Made by a program: the position numbers and the translations under genes. 64,000 nucleotides of DNA from Fibrobacteria bacterium. GTDB lineage: Bacteria > Fibrobacterota > Fibrobacteria > UBA11236. The notes beneath the pieces are model-generated. The model ran no database searches. It was not told the origin of the DNA and saw only the letters and a program-made list of their open reading frames with translations. The DNA lies in NCBI GenBank assembly GCA_043732185.1, contig JAYTHY010000036.1, positions 1 through 64,000 on the forward strand, read 5' to 3'. Every line of letters begins with the position of its first letter. Position 1 is the stretch's first letter. Of the stretch, positions 45,003-55,084 are shown piece by piece.

Positions 45003-45743
45003 TTGGAAAAGCCTGAATCCCGTCTTCCGGATATCGGTGTCATCCTCCCCGCGGGTGGGATGGGCATGCGTGCCGGAAGTGCTGAACCGAAACAGTTTGT
45101 GGCGCTGGGCAAGCGGGAGGCTATTTCTGGATCCGCTGCGGTAGCGGGAAAACCCATGCTTCTTTATACTGTGGAAGCCTTCCATCGATTGGAATTCGTT
45201 AAGTCCATCATGCTGGTATTGCCGAATGAACGCATGGAAGAATATGCTGTCCGCCTTTCCGCGTTTCCAAAAGTAAAGCTGGTACCGGGAGGGGCGGAAC
45301 GATGGGAATCCGTACGCAATGGTTTTGAAGCCTTGGATCCTGAGCTGCCTGTAATCCTTGTGCACGATGTGGCCCGTCCATTTGTATCGGAAGCTATCAT
45401 TCGGCGGTGTTTGGCTGCCCTTGCTCCAGGGGCCTGCGTCATTGCAGCTATGCCTGCCTCGGACACCGTGAAGGAAATTTCCGGAGCGAGTATCACCCGA
45501 ACCCTGGACAGAAAAAAACTGATACTGGTGCAGACGCCCCAGGTGTTCCCGCACGACCTCTTGAAAACCATCTATGCTGCGCCATGGGTGGGGGATGTGC
45601 CTACCGATGAAGCCCAAATGGCGGAACGCGCAGGGTTTGAGGTGCGCTGGGTGCTTGGAAACGAGAGTAACCGCAAAGTGACTGGGGCGGAGGATTTGCA
45701 ATGGGCAGATTGGATGGCTAGCGATAGGAAGGTTAGACCATGA
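45003..45743 (+). CDS. ispD: 2-C-methyl-D-erythritol 4-phosphate cytidylyltransferase
   Basis: PAGGMGMR...PKQF, GGAERWESV, VHDVARP, QTPQVF, TDEA and NRKVT motifs. Confidence 0.93.
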   Translation: MEKPESRLPDIGVILPAGGMGMRAGSAEPKQFVALGKREAISGSAAVAGKPMLLYTVEAFHRLEFVKSIMLVLPNERMEEYAVRLSAFPKVKLVPGGAERWESVRNGFEALDPELPVILVHDVARPFVSEAIIRRCLAALAPGACVIAAMPASDTVKEISGASITRTLDRKKLILVQTPQVFPHDLLKTIYAAPWVGDVPTDEAQMAERAGFEVRWVLGNESNRKVTGAEDLQWADWMASDRKVRP

Positions 45744-46228
45744 TTAAGGTTGGAATCGGACAGGATAGCCATCGGATTCAAGAGCCGGCAGCAGGAAAAG
45801 CGTTGATGCTTGCGGGGGTGCGGTTATCGGAGCCCTATGCTCTGCTGGGCAACAGTGATTCCGATGTGGTTTTACACGCCATTACCAATGCTATCTCCGG
45901 GATTACCGGAAAGCCGATCTTGGGACCGGTGGCGGACCAGCTGTGCCGGACCGGCATTACGGATAGCGCTGTCTATCTGCAGAAGGCTTTGGAAGATTTG
46001 GATGGTATCGGTTACCGTCTCAGCCATGTTTCCGTAACACTGGAATGCCTGCGGCCCAAGATTTTGCCCTTGCTTCCCGCTCTAATTGCGCGTCTATCTG
46101 AATTGCTGGGGATAAGCAATGAAGATATCGGCCTAACCGCGACATCCGGAGAAGGATTAACGGATTTCGGACGAGGTTTGGGGATTCAGGCGTTCGCATG
46201 CGTGACCGCCATGCGTGACGACAGCTAG
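45740..46228 (+). CDS. ispF: 2-C-methyl-D-erythritol 2,4-cyclodiphosphate synthase
   Basis: GIGQDSH, NSDSDVVLHAI and ATSGEGL motifs; ATGA overlap with ispD. Confidence 0.93.
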   Translation: MIKVGIGQDSHRIQEPAAGKALMLAGVRLSEPYALLGNSDSDVVLHAITNAISGITGKPILGPVADQLCRTGITDSAVYLQKALEDLDGIGYRLSHVSVTLECLRPKILPLLPALIARLSELLGISNEDIGLTATSGEGLTDFGRGLGIQAFACVTAMRDDS

Positions 46229-46239
46229 CTTGGCCGTAG

Positions 46240-46866
46240 CTACCTTGGCGGCAGATGAAAACGGAAGGCCATGCCTCCCGCTTCGATTTCATCGCCATCT
46301 TTGAGGTGCACGGAAGTGATTTCTTCGCCGTTGACCTTAAGGTGGGAGAATCGCTTTACCAGTAGATTGATGATCCACATGGTGCCCTTGCGATCAATAC
46401 TTGCAAATCCCTTGCCTACCATTAGTCCTGGAATATGAATATCATCAGTGCTGCTGTTTCCGAGGTAGGTGGTTTCCTTGACGAGAGGAATGGATTTGCC
46501 TGTCGCTTGGACTACAAGGACCGGCTCATGGCCCACTATTGCGGATGCAGTGGGTGCAACTACCGGTTTGGATTCAGAGTCCAGAAATTCCAAGGCATGC
46601 TGGCCAATGGTGATGACATCATTGTGATTCAGCAGCCATTTGTGGACACGCTTTTTATTGACATACGTCCCGTTCAAGCTTTGCAAATCTTCCAATATGA
46701 AGACTTTCGTTTCAATATCACCTAGGATGAAGGCGTGCTTGCGGGAAATTCCCAAGTTTTCGATGCAAATAGGATGGGAGGGAAGCCGGCCTATGGTATT
46801 GAAACCGGGCTGCAATTGGCTTTCCCCAAGAATTTGGTTTTGAAAGCGGATGATGATTTTTGCCAT
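46240..46866 (-). CDS. Tandem FHA domain protein
   Basis: First FHA intact (TIGR...ISRKHA...DLQSLNGTYVN); second FHA degenerate (YLGN...LKVNG...LKDGDEI). Confidence 0.85.
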   Translation of the reverse strand: MAKIIIRFQNQILGESQLQPGFNTIGRLPSHPICIENLGISRKHAFILGDIETKVFILEDLQSLNGTYVNKKRVHKWLLNHNDVITIGQHALEFLDSESKPVVAPTASAIVGHEPVLVVQATGKSIPLVKETTYLGNSSTDDIHIPGLMVGKGFASIDRKGTMWIINLLVKRFSHLKVNGEEITSVHLKDGDEIEAGGMAFRFHLPPR

Positions 46867-46980
46867 GCAGTGTACTCTGGATTAATGCGGTACCCGGATT
46901 TTGTCCGCTCCTGACAGTCTCTACTGGAGATGGTCAGGTAATAATTGCTAGAATTGTAGCAACCCTCACCATTGGAATCA

Positions 46981-47829
46981 ATGAAGGCCATCAAGCCAAT
47001 TTTCCTCGGTACCCTCGGAGGCCTGGCCATGGTCGCGGTCTTGCTGGTTGGGCTTTATCTGTCGCCATTGCGGGAAACCGTTTATTTCCGCACTGACCCC
47101 GAAATGGCCCAAGTGCGTAGCCGACTCAACCAATACCGGGATTGGATGTCCCAAACGGATTTTCACATTGTTGAACAAGGGTCAAAGATTACCGATTCCT
47201 TGAAAACGGCCCAGGTCATAGCCTGGCAAGAGTACAAGAAATGGCGTGGCCATTTGGGTGAATTGGCGCGCGCACATGTTCGACCAACTGCCGAGGGATT
47301 CTGGACCTGGGCGTATTCCCTGCGTTACTGGGCACTACCGTTAGGCATTGTCCTAGCCCTAATGCCCCCGATTTGGGTGGCTTGGCGGTTCCGGCGTCGC
47401 TACCGACCTGGTCGGCTTCCCTCGCGTAGCAAACCTGTAGGCAGTGCCGCTAAGGCAAAGGCCATGACCTCTTTTCAGGATGCTGTGCAACAAATTGCCC
47501 GTATTTCCAGCCAGGACCGAAAGACTCCACCACCAGTGGACATATCACGTGAACCCGAAACGAAGCCTATCTCACTGATTCAGGAATCCGGTTTGGAGTC
47601 CACTTTTCCATCCGGACTTTCTATGGAAGATGAAGATGGGGAAAGCGATGAGGAAGAATCGTTTAACGCGATGCCGCCTACGACAGAGGTGGAACTGGTG
47701 GAAAGGCGCAAGGCCGAAGTATTGAAATTGGCTCGGAAGGGTCTAACTTCCTCGGAGATTTCCAGGCGGCTAAGACTCAGCCAAGATCAGGTGGAATTCA
47801 TTATTCGACTGCGCCGGGAAAAAGGCTAA
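46981..47829 (+). CDS. Membrane protein with C-terminal HTH (DUF2802/DUF6115-like, often flagellar-locus associated)
   Basis: Two hydrophobic segments; C-terminus EVLKLARKGLTSSEISRRLRLSQDQVEFIIRL. Confidence 0.6.
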   Translation: MKAIKPIFLGTLGGLAMVAVLLVGLYLSPLRETVYFRTDPEMAQVRSRLNQYRDWMSQTDFHIVEQGSKITDSLKTAQVIAWQEYKKWRGHLGELARAHVRPTAEGFWTWAYSLRYWALPLGIVLALMPPIWVAWRFRRRYRPGRLPSRSKPVGSAAKAKAMTSFQDAVQQIARISSQDRKTPPPVDISREPETKPISLIQESGLESTFPSGLSMEDEDGESDEEESFNAMPPTTEVELVERRKAEVLKLARKGLTSSEISRRLRLSQDQVEFIIRLRREKG

Positions 47830-47907
47830 ACAGCGCTGATAAGAAAAATCAAGCTCAAATTACTCCAGTTTTAAGACCTCCAGGCAGCGTTACCTAGCTC
47901 AAAATAT

Positions 47908-47935
47908 TCAAGTTATTGGGTCTAGCTACCGTATA
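47908..47935 (+). promoter_or_regulatory. Possible sigma28 (FliA)-like promoter
   Basis: TCAAG-N15-ACCGTATA just upstream of the fliK-like gene; imperfect match, also readable as a TATAAT -10 box. Confidence 0.25.
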
Positions 47936-47967
47936 ATAAGCATAGGGTCTCCTTCTAGGCTTTCACT

Positions 47968-49962
47968 ATGGCTTCCTCTGATCCAAATCAAATTCAACCT
48001 ATCCGATCCGGATCGAGTAACGCATTGACTCCAAATGTTTTTTCCGGGACCGTTACCGGCATTACATTGGAAAAAGGGGTGCAAACTTTGGAAGTGCAAT
48101 ACGCACAAGGCAAGGTCCGGTTTGCTGCAGAGGGCGACTTTCAAGCTGGGGAAAAGGTGCGCATTTCCTTTCCTGGAGGCAATGCCATTCAGGTAGCACA
48201 ATTGCCGACCGTGCCTGCCCAGGAAGAGTGGCAAGGCGCCGGCTACATTTTGCCCCAAAAACTTAATTCGCTACGTGGCTTCGAAGAGGCAATGGTCAAG
48301 TGGATGGCCAATACGGAAACTCAAAGTATGGGTAGGACAGGAGGCGCCGGATCGCCTGCTCTATCAGCATCTTTGGCTCAATTGACACTGCCGGAATTGT
48401 TGATGAAAGTAACTGGAAAAAATGGAGGCAAGGAATTCTTGGGGCAATCCTTGACTGGAATGGATCGCAATTTGATCGCGATCTTGATTGATGCACTGGA
48501 GGCTTCTAAGGGAGATCCGGGAGCCAAGTCGGCGGTTCTTGATATGCTTAAGTCTCAAAACCGGGGCAACGAATCGGTTGCTCCTGCTGGAGCTGCCAAA
48601 GGACTAAAAAATCTGGATGGATTCTGGTCTGCGGAAGCGGGTACAGGCGCGTCACCGTGGTTTGGAAGGGTGATTGAAAAAGGAGAAGGCGAATCCTTTC
48701 TGTCCCCGCTTAATCGATTGCAATACGGTGGTCGAGGAGCGCCCACTCAAGGCGACTCCCTGTTTAGGTACGTGCTGGATGTGGGTGGAAGGAGCATGGA
48801 GGTTTTTTCCTCGCAATCCCTGGAACCGGGAGACTTAGCTGATTTTACGGTTGAAGCCCACGGCGGCCGGATGCAGGCCAAGTTCTTGGACCCGGCAGCG
48901 TCTTTGCCTGCTAGTTTGCGCACCGACTTTGCTACGGCTTCGCCCACTATGCGGCAGGCGGTTCAACTCGCCTCACATTACCTGAAAGAATTTAAGGATG
49001 AGCCCTATTCTGGACAGTTGGTCAAGGATTTCGCAGACCTTTTGGCGCAAAGTGGACGAATGGAAAAAGCTGCAAGCCCACTCAACACGGGGCGATCTCC
49101 TGGTCTACCGGATCAAAAAGAGCTCGATGGATTGCTTCGCTTGTTTTTAACCTTTCCCCGTGATGGACTGGCGTCGGGCAAACAGGCCAAGGCCTGGAGT
49201 GAAGCCGCACGTGATCCACAAGCCATGACGGACATGCTTAAAAATCTGCGTCCCAATCAGGACAGCGCATTGTTGCGACCGGGTACAAACTTGCAATTCC
49301 CGAAAACTTCCGCAGACGCTTCGTTGGCGCTGGGTATGCCGTTACCGGGGGCAACAGGTGAAACCAATCCCTCCAATGCGGACCTTATGGCAGCTTGGCT
49401 GAAAAAGGTTTTGCCGGAACGATTTCACTCTCTAGATATCCACCGTTTGGCGGAAGAAAACCCCGCGTTGTCTTCCGCAGTCAGCAAAGACCCGGACTCG
49501 GCTAAGTTTCTTCTCCAAGCTGTCGTCAACGGGCTGCCTAGGGACAACGACATTCAGCAAGGCAAACCCTCCCAGTTCTACTTCTACCAAGGGCAAGATT
49601 GGCATGGTCTGCAAGTGACTTGGGAAAAAGGCAGTAGTCAAGGTTCAGATAGGAAATCCGGACCCAAGGAACCCCTAAAAGTCAGAGTGGAGACCCATGC
49701 CAAGCATATGGGCAAAGTGAATGTGGCGGTAACCCTAGACGATAAGGGTGCTAAAATCGATTTCAAGAATCAGTTTTATGATGTGCGCGAACTTTTAACC
49801 AAAGCCCTTCCCGAGCTTGAGAAGAGTTTGGACTACTTGGATTTCAAGATCATGGCCTGGACCTACGCCATTCTACCTGAAGAGCATCTTCCTACGACTT
49901 CCGAGGGTGCCGCGCGACCCGCGAATTTTTCCGATGGCATTAATCTGGATTTATTCGGCTGA
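47968..49962 (+). CDS. Flagellar hook-length control protein FliK-like
   Basis: Long low-complexity body; C-terminal Flg_hook-like domain (VRVETHAKHMGKVNVAVTL...LTKALPELEKSL) and terminal INLDLFG. Confidence 0.6.
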   Translation: MASSDPNQIQPIRSGSSNALTPNVFSGTVTGITLEKGVQTLEVQYAQGKVRFAAEGDFQAGEKVRISFPGGNAIQVAQLPTVPAQEEWQGAGYILPQKLNSLRGFEEAMVKWMANTETQSMGRTGGAGSPALSASLAQLTLPELLMKVTGKNGGKEFLGQSLTGMDRNLIAILIDALEASKGDPGAKSAVLDMLKSQNRGNESVAPAGAAKGLKNLDGFWSAEAGTGASPWFGRVIEKGEGESFLSPLNRLQYGGRGAPTQGDSLFRYVLDVGGRSMEVFSSQSLEPGDLADFTVEAHGGRMQAKFLDPAASLPASLRTDFATASPTMRQAVQLASHYLKEFKDEPYSGQLVKDFADLLAQSGRMEKAASPLNTGRSPGLPDQKELDGLLRLFLTFPRDGLASGKQAKAWSEAARDPQAMTDMLKNLRPNQDSALLRPGTNLQFPKTSADASLALGMPLPGATGETNPSNADLMAAWLKKVLPERFHSLDIHRLAEENPALSSAVSKDPDSAKFLLQAVVNGLPRDNDIQQGKPSQFYFYQGQDWHGLQVTWEKGSSQGSDRKSGPKEPLKVRVETHAKHMGKVNVAVTLDDKGAKIDFKNQFYDVRELLTKALPELEKSLDYLDFKIMAWTYAILPEEHLPTTSEGAARPANFSDGINLDLFG

Positions 49963-50024
49963 AGTGCATCCAGTCCCAAGCAAACCAACTAGGCAATAGA
50001 GCCGTTTCCTGCTAATTTTCCGAC

Positions 50025-50765
50025 ATGGGTCGTTATCGATTTGTAGTGGAGTATTTGGGGACAGGATTTGCGGGGTGGCAGGAACAGCCTGGCCAACTTA
50101 CTGTGCAATCCGAACTGGAAAAGGCTCTAGCTATATGTCTGCGCACAGCTGTGACCGTAATAGGCGCAGGGCGCACGGACGCAGGCGTGCACGCTTCCGG
50201 TCAAGTGGCCCACTTCGATTGCGACAAAATCATTGACGTGTATAAGATTGAAAAGTCAGTCAATGCTCTGACGCCGGACTCCCTTTTCATAAGGCGATTG
50301 GAGTCCTGCCCTTTGGATTTCCACGCCCGTTATTCGGCGGAGTCGCGACTTTACAAATATCGCATTGCTCTGCGGCCATCCGCTTTACTCGGACATATGG
50401 CTTGGTATACCGGATATCCATTGCAGCTGGATTTGTTTCGCCGGGAATTGGCGTCGGTGATTGGTCTACATGATTTTGTGGATTTTTCGGTGCCGAGAAA
50501 AGATGGCAAAAGCACCGAGTGCCAGGTCATCCGGGCAGAGATTCACGCCGAAGACACCTTTCTTATTGTGACGCTAGAAGCCAATCGATTTCTGCATAGA
50601 ATGGTGCGATCGATTGTAGGCGCAGGTTTTGATGTGGCTCGGGAGAATTTGCCCGAGGGTCTGGTTCAAAGTATTCTCGCGGGCACCTTTAATGGCGAAC
50701 GAACCTGGGCGCCGGCACAAGGACTTTCACTGGAAAAGGTTAGGTATCGAGATTATGAATATTAA
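50025..50765 (+). CDS. truA: tRNA pseudouridine(38-40) synthase
   Basis: EYLGTGFAGWQ.Q, AGRTDAGVHASGQ, FHARY, FLHRMVR and APAQGL motifs. Confidence 0.96.
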   Translation: MGRYRFVVEYLGTGFAGWQEQPGQLTVQSELEKALAICLRTAVTVIGAGRTDAGVHASGQVAHFDCDKIIDVYKIEKSVNALTPDSLFIRRLESCPLDFHARYSAESRLYKYRIALRPSALLGHMAWYTGYPLQLDLFRRELASVIGLHDFVDFSVPRKDGKSTECQVIRAEIHAEDTFLIVTLEANRFLHRMVRSIVGAGFDVARENLPEGLVQSILAGTFNGERTWAPAQGLSLEKVRYRDYEY

Positions 50766-51858
50766 AACCATTGTTGCTTGCTTTTGCATGGAATTGTTGT
50801 CACTGCCTAGAGATTCGGCAGCCATTGGCTCCTCGCCATCCGAATCCCGACGTACCGCAATTGTGACTGCCACGGAATTGGCGGCTCCTGCCGTGGTGAG
50901 TATCACTGTAAAGAGCGCAACCGTTGTCGCGTATCAATCTCCATTTTTTCAAGATCCTTTTTTCGACTCTTTCGGTTCACAATATCGACGGGAAGAAATG
51001 AGCAGTCTTGGCTCAGGGGTCATTGCCACCAAAGAAGGCATAATCATCACCAATAGTCATGTGGTTGGTCAAAATCCCGGCGGTGAGTTATTGAGTATAA
51101 CCGTCACGACTTCTGATGAAAGGCAGTTTCCGGCAAAATTGGTGGGCATGGATCCGGCCAATGATTTGGCCATATTAAAAATCAAAGGTGCTAACCTCCC
51201 CGTGGCGCAGCTGCAAAGTATTTCTGACAATATGATTGGGGAGTGGGTGGTAGCGATTGGAAATCCGTATGGCTATTTAATCGGCGATAACAAGCCTACC
51301 GTAACTGTGGGAGTCATTGGGGCGCTCAATCGCACATTTAGCAGTTCGAGTGGGATACACTATCATAAAATGATACAAACGGATGCAGCCATCAACCCCG
51401 GCAATTCTGGCGGTGCTTTAGTCAATACGGAGGGGAAAGTCATTGGAATCAACACTTTCATTTTTACTGGAGGCGGACAATCGCAGGGCTCCATTGGGCT
51501 TGGCTTCGCCATTCCAATTCAGAAGGCCAAGCTTGTTATGGACGAGATAATCCGATTTGGCAAAATTAGAGAGTTTACCACTGGAATTTATGCCGATCCT
51601 CAGGGCAATCAAGGTCGACCGGGCGCTACTGTGACCGGGCTCGAAAAGAATTCTCCAGGGGAAAAAGCGGGTCTTAAGGCAGGTGATTTAATCTATGAGG
51701 TCGATGGAAAGAGGATCAACGACTTTGCTGATATTCGAGAGGTATTCAAGCTTTTTCAAGTGGGTGAATCAGTGGAACTGCTTTATCTTCGTTCCAAAGA
51801 GAAATGTAAAACCACAATTATTTTGGAAGAAAAGGCCATGCGTCAAAAGGCCTTCTGA
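50755..51858 (+). CDS. HtrA/DegP family serine protease with one PDZ domain
   Basis: GSGVI, TNSHV (His), DLAILK (Asp), QTDAAINPGNSGG (Ser) and a C-terminal PDZ; ATG 50755 overlaps truA. Confidence 0.93.
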   Translation: MNIKTIVACFCMELLSLPRDSAAIGSSPSESRRTAIVTATELAAPAVVSITVKSATVVAYQSPFFQDPFFDSFGSQYRREEMSSLGSGVIATKEGIIITNSHVVGQNPGGELLSITVTTSDERQFPAKLVGMDPANDLAILKIKGANLPVAQLQSISDNMIGEWVVAIGNPYGYLIGDNKPTVTVGVIGALNRTFSSSSGIHYHKMIQTDAAINPGNSGGALVNTEGKVIGINTFIFTGGGQSQGSIGLGFAIPIQKAKLVMDEIIRFGKIREFTTGIYADPQGNQGRPGATVTGLEKNSPGEKAGLKAGDLIYEVDGKRINDFADIREVFKLFQVGESVELLYLRSKEKCKTTIILEEKAMRQKAF

Positions 51859-51909
51859 ATGGTTATATTGATAGGGCATGTTGAAAAATTCTGGGATCGG
51901 GGGCATTAA

Positions 51910-52224
51910 ATGATCATGGGCAAGTCCTCGAGTGTGGGCAGACTGGTTGTCTTTATCATACTTGGATTGATATTGGGTGGAATTCTGGGAGAGGTACTGG
52001 GACTCGTTCTGGGTCAAATAGGCGTACTGAGTGGGGGAGACATGAACAACCCCATCCGTAGCTTTTTTGTTGCTTCCTTTCAGCCGAGTTTGGGCATCAA
52101 AGACAATGGCATATTAATTGATCTGTACATGGTAAAAGTCCGCCTTGGTCTTGGTTTTAAATTCAATTTTTGCAGCATAATTGGAATGATTTTCAGTCTC
52201 TACATCATGAAATGGTCGAAGTAA
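51910..52224 (+). CDS. DUF4321-like small membrane protein
   Basis: LGLILGGILGEVL...IDLYMVKVRLG...NFCSIIG pattern. Confidence 0.7.
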   Translation: MIMGKSSSVGRLVVFIILGLILGGILGEVLGLVLGQIGVLSGGDMNNPIRSFFVASFQPSLGIKDNGILIDLYMVKVRLGLGFKFNFCSIIGMIFSLYIMKWSK

Positions 52225-52230
52225 AAGCGT

Positions 52231-53652
52231 ATGGCAACAGTTTCCGAACTCGCAAAAAAAGTCAAATCCGGTGAAGTCACGTCGGAATCCTTAGTCACGG
52301 CCTCATTGACCAAAATCGCGGCGACCAGTGGATTCAATGCCTTCATCAGTGTCCTTGGTGAACAGGCTTTGGAACAATCGCGTTCCATCGACAAACGTCG
52401 GGCCGCTGGTGAAAAACTGGGCGCCTTGGCGGGTATTCCAATTGCCGTAAAAGACAATATCGTGATGTCGCAAGGGCGAACAACTTGCGGATCGAAAATC
52501 CTGGGTGAATTCCATTCGCCCTACAATGCCACTGCCATAGAGCGCCTGCTCGCCGCTGATGCGGTTCCGGTTGGTAAAACCAATATGGATGAGTTCGCGA
52601 TGGGTTCCACTTCTGAGACCAGCGCTTTTGGTGCACCGCGTAATCCTTTGGATGAAAGCGTCATAGCAGGTGGATCGTCTGGAGGTTCGGCTGTGGCCGT
52701 CGCCTCAGGCGCAGTAGATATTTCTTTAGGATCGGATACCGGTGGTTCCATCCGGCAGCCTGCGGCTTGCTGCGGCATCGTGGGCATCAAACCCACTTAC
52801 GGACGCGTCTCTCGTTATGGTCTTGTCGCCTACGCCTCGTCTTTGGATCAGATCGGTGCCTTCAGTCACCGTGTGGAAGATTCTGCTTTGCTGCTAAACG
52901 CCATTTGCGGATGGGACAATCACGACGCAACGTCCGCACAAATTCCCGTTCCTGATTTTACCGCCTCTCTAGGTAAAGGGATTCAAGGTAAAGTGATTGG
53001 AATGCCCAAAGAAGCTTTTGGAGAAGGCCTAAGCCCTGTGGTGCGCGCCGCTGTGCAAAAAACCCTTGAGACTTTGGAGAAGAACGGCGCTGTAATCCGG
53101 GAAATTTCTATTCCCAGTTTCAAGTATGCGATTGCCGCATACTATGTAATCGCCACCGCAGAAGCATCCGCCAACCTATCTCGTTTTGACGGCGTGCGTT
53201 ATACCACCCGAGCCAAGGACGCCAAGGATCTGTTTGGTCTCTATTCCAAGACCCGGTCGCAGGGTTTCGGTGAGGAAGTCAAGAAGCGCATTCTCCTGGG
53301 CACCTATGTACTCAGTTCCGGATTTTATGATGCCTATTATATGCAGGCACAAAAAGTGCGCAGGCTGATTACCGACGACTTCAACAAGGCATTTGAAACA
53401 TGCGATGTGGTAGCCACTCCCACCATGCCGGACTTGCCCCAAAAGGTCGGCAACATAGAAGCCGATCCCATGGCGCAGTACTTGGGGGATATCTATACGG
53501 TGGCGGTAAACTTGGCGGGACTACCTGCCATCTCGCAGCCCATCGGCCGCGCAGGCAAGTTGTCCATCGGTCTTCAATACATCGGCAAAGCCTTCCAAGA
53601 AGAATCCCTGTTCCAAATTGCCGGTGCCACCGAAAAACTTTGCGCGGCATAA
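52231..53652 (+). CDS. gatA: Asp/Glu-tRNA amidotransferase subunit A
   Basis: GIPIAVKDNI, GKTNMDEFAMGS, GGSSGGS, GSDTGGSIRQPA and RILLGTYVLSSGFYDAYY motifs. Confidence 0.97.
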   Translation: MATVSELAKKVKSGEVTSESLVTASLTKIAATSGFNAFISVLGEQALEQSRSIDKRRAAGEKLGALAGIPIAVKDNIVMSQGRTTCGSKILGEFHSPYNATAIERLLAADAVPVGKTNMDEFAMGSTSETSAFGAPRNPLDESVIAGGSSGGSAVAVASGAVDISLGSDTGGSIRQPAACCGIVGIKPTYGRVSRYGLVAYASSLDQIGAFSHRVEDSALLLNAICGWDNHDATSAQIPVPDFTASLGKGIQGKVIGMPKEAFGEGLSPVVRAAVQKTLETLEKNGAVIREISIPSFKYAIAAYYVIATAEASANLSRFDGVRYTTRAKDAKDLFGLYSKTRSQGFGEEVKKRILLGTYVLSSGFYDAYYMQAQKVRRLITDDFNKAFETCDVVATPTMPDLPQKVGNIEADPMAQYLGDIYTVAVNLAGLPAISQPIGRAGKLSIGLQYIGKAFQEESLFQIAGATEKLCAA

Positions 53653-53667
53653 CTCGACCCATCCAGA

Positions 53668-54228
53668 ATGAGGCTTCAGAATAGCTCCGCAATTCTGTTA
53701 GCCGGTTTCCTCTTATCCGCTTGCGGTCCCCGAGTCCGGCCGTATTTCGTCCGTTCCGCAGGCAGGTATGTGATGCCAAATGCCTCTGCGAAACCCACAG
53801 CAGTGCGACCGGCGCTGGCGGCAGGCTCCTTCGCTCCAATCCTAGGCCGGGAAAATTCCAGACTGCGTAAAGTAGCTGAATCGTATTTAGGGGTGCCGTA
53901 TCATTTTGGTGGCCAGAGCCGATCCGGCATTGATTGTTCCGGCTTTGTGCGCCAGGTGTTTTCGGAAGCCTACGGCATAGACTTGCCGCATAATGCATTG
54001 GCCATGTCACTTCAAGGGAATGCTGTTGCTAAGAGAGATCTCAAGCCGGGCGATCTGGTATTCTTCAAGCATTTCTGGATTATCGATCATACCGGCATTT
54101 ACATGGGCAATAACTATTTCATCCACTCCGCAACCAGTATCGGTGTTGCCTATTCCAGTCTGGAAGCGCCCTACTTTGTGGATCATTATGCCGGGGCCCG
54201 ACGGATACCGGGGATTACTAAATTATAA
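53668..54228 (+). CDS. NlpC/P60 family lipoprotein peptidoglycan endopeptidase
   Basis: Lipobox LSAC; YLGVPYHFGG...DCSGF; PGDLVFF...HTGIY...FIHS. Confidence 0.92.
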   Translation: MRLQNSSAILLAGFLLSACGPRVRPYFVRSAGRYVMPNASAKPTAVRPALAAGSFAPILGRENSRLRKVAESYLGVPYHFGGQSRSGIDCSGFVRQVFSEAYGIDLPHNALAMSLQGNAVAKRDLKPGDLVFFKHFWIIDHTGIYMGNNYFIHSATSIGVAYSSLEAPYFVDHYAGARRIPGITKL

Positions 54229-54232
54229 ACCT

Positions 54233-55081
54233 ATGAAAGCAGCATTCCAGGGTGTGCATGGCGCCTATAGCGATCTAGCCTGCAAACAATTGCTTGGACC
54301 CCGTTGTCAGACGGTTCCATGCGAAACTTTTGAAGATGTATTTCTTGCCGTGCAAAAGGGAAAAGTGGATCAAGGTGTGATTCCCATTGAAAATTCCTTA
54401 GCGGGTAGCATTCATCAAAATTATGATCTGCTCTTAACCCATAACCTCCAAATTGTAGGTGAGACACATTTGAAGGTGGAGCATGCGCTCATGTGCCATC
54501 CCAGCACTGGATTAAAAAATCTGACACAGGTGCGTTCGCACCCACAGGCGCTAGCGCAGTGCAGTCATTTTTTTGCCAAGGAAAGTCGAATCCGACCCGT
54601 AGCTTTTTTCGATACCGCCGGTGCTGCCAAATCCCTATCGGAAGAAGCACCTGCGCAAATCGGGGCTATTGCCAGTGCCTATGCCGCCAAACTTTATAAA
54701 CTAAAAGTGCTGCGTAGCAATCTCCAGAATCTCCCGAACAACTTCACTCGGTTTCTGGCCATTACACCTAATGCTGCCAAAACATCCGGCCATGGACAGT
54801 ACAAAACCAGTATCGCCTTTATGCCCGAAAAGAATCAAACCGGCATCCTGTTCAGAATCCTGGGCGTTTTCGCATTACGTGATATCGATCTGCTCAAAAT
54901 CGAATCGCGACCCAATCCTCTATCCCCTTTTGAATACTGGTTCTACGTGGACTTTGTGGGCAAAATAGGGGAGACAAAGGTCGATAAGGCTTTGGATCAT
55001 CTGAGAGAGATGGCTGCGCAATTGAAGGTACTGGGAAGTTACCCTAGGTCGCGGGCTGCACAAGTCACATTAAAAAGGTAA
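54233..55081 (+). CDS. pheA: Prephenate dehydratase with ACT domain
   Basis: FQGVHGAYS, PIENSLAG, SHPQALAQC, NFTRFL and KIESRP motifs; true ATG at 54233. Confidence 0.95.
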   Translation: MKAAFQGVHGAYSDLACKQLLGPRCQTVPCETFEDVFLAVQKGKVDQGVIPIENSLAGSIHQNYDLLLTHNLQIVGETHLKVEHALMCHPSTGLKNLTQVRSHPQALAQCSHFFAKESRIRPVAFFDTAGAAKSLSEEAPAQIGAIASAYAAKLYKLKVLRSNLQNLPNNFTRFLAITPNAAKTSGHGQYKTSIAFMPEKNQTGILFRILGVFALRDIDLLKIESRPNPLSPFEYWFYVDFVGKIGETKVDKALDHLREMAAQLKVLGSYPRSRAAQVTLKR

Positions 55082-55084
55082 AGC

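Noticed and set aside
44721..45701. 326-aa - strand ORF
   Set aside because: Antisense shadow of argG/ispD with no recognisable motifs.
50629..50754. N-terminal extension of the HtrA ORF
   Set aside because: Overlaps truA; the signal-like sequence starts at ATG 50755.
53993..54232. N-terminal extension of pheA, which could suggest a chorismate mutase fusion
   Set aside because: It overlaps the NlpC/P60 gene and has no chorismate mutase features; PDT begins at ATG 54233.
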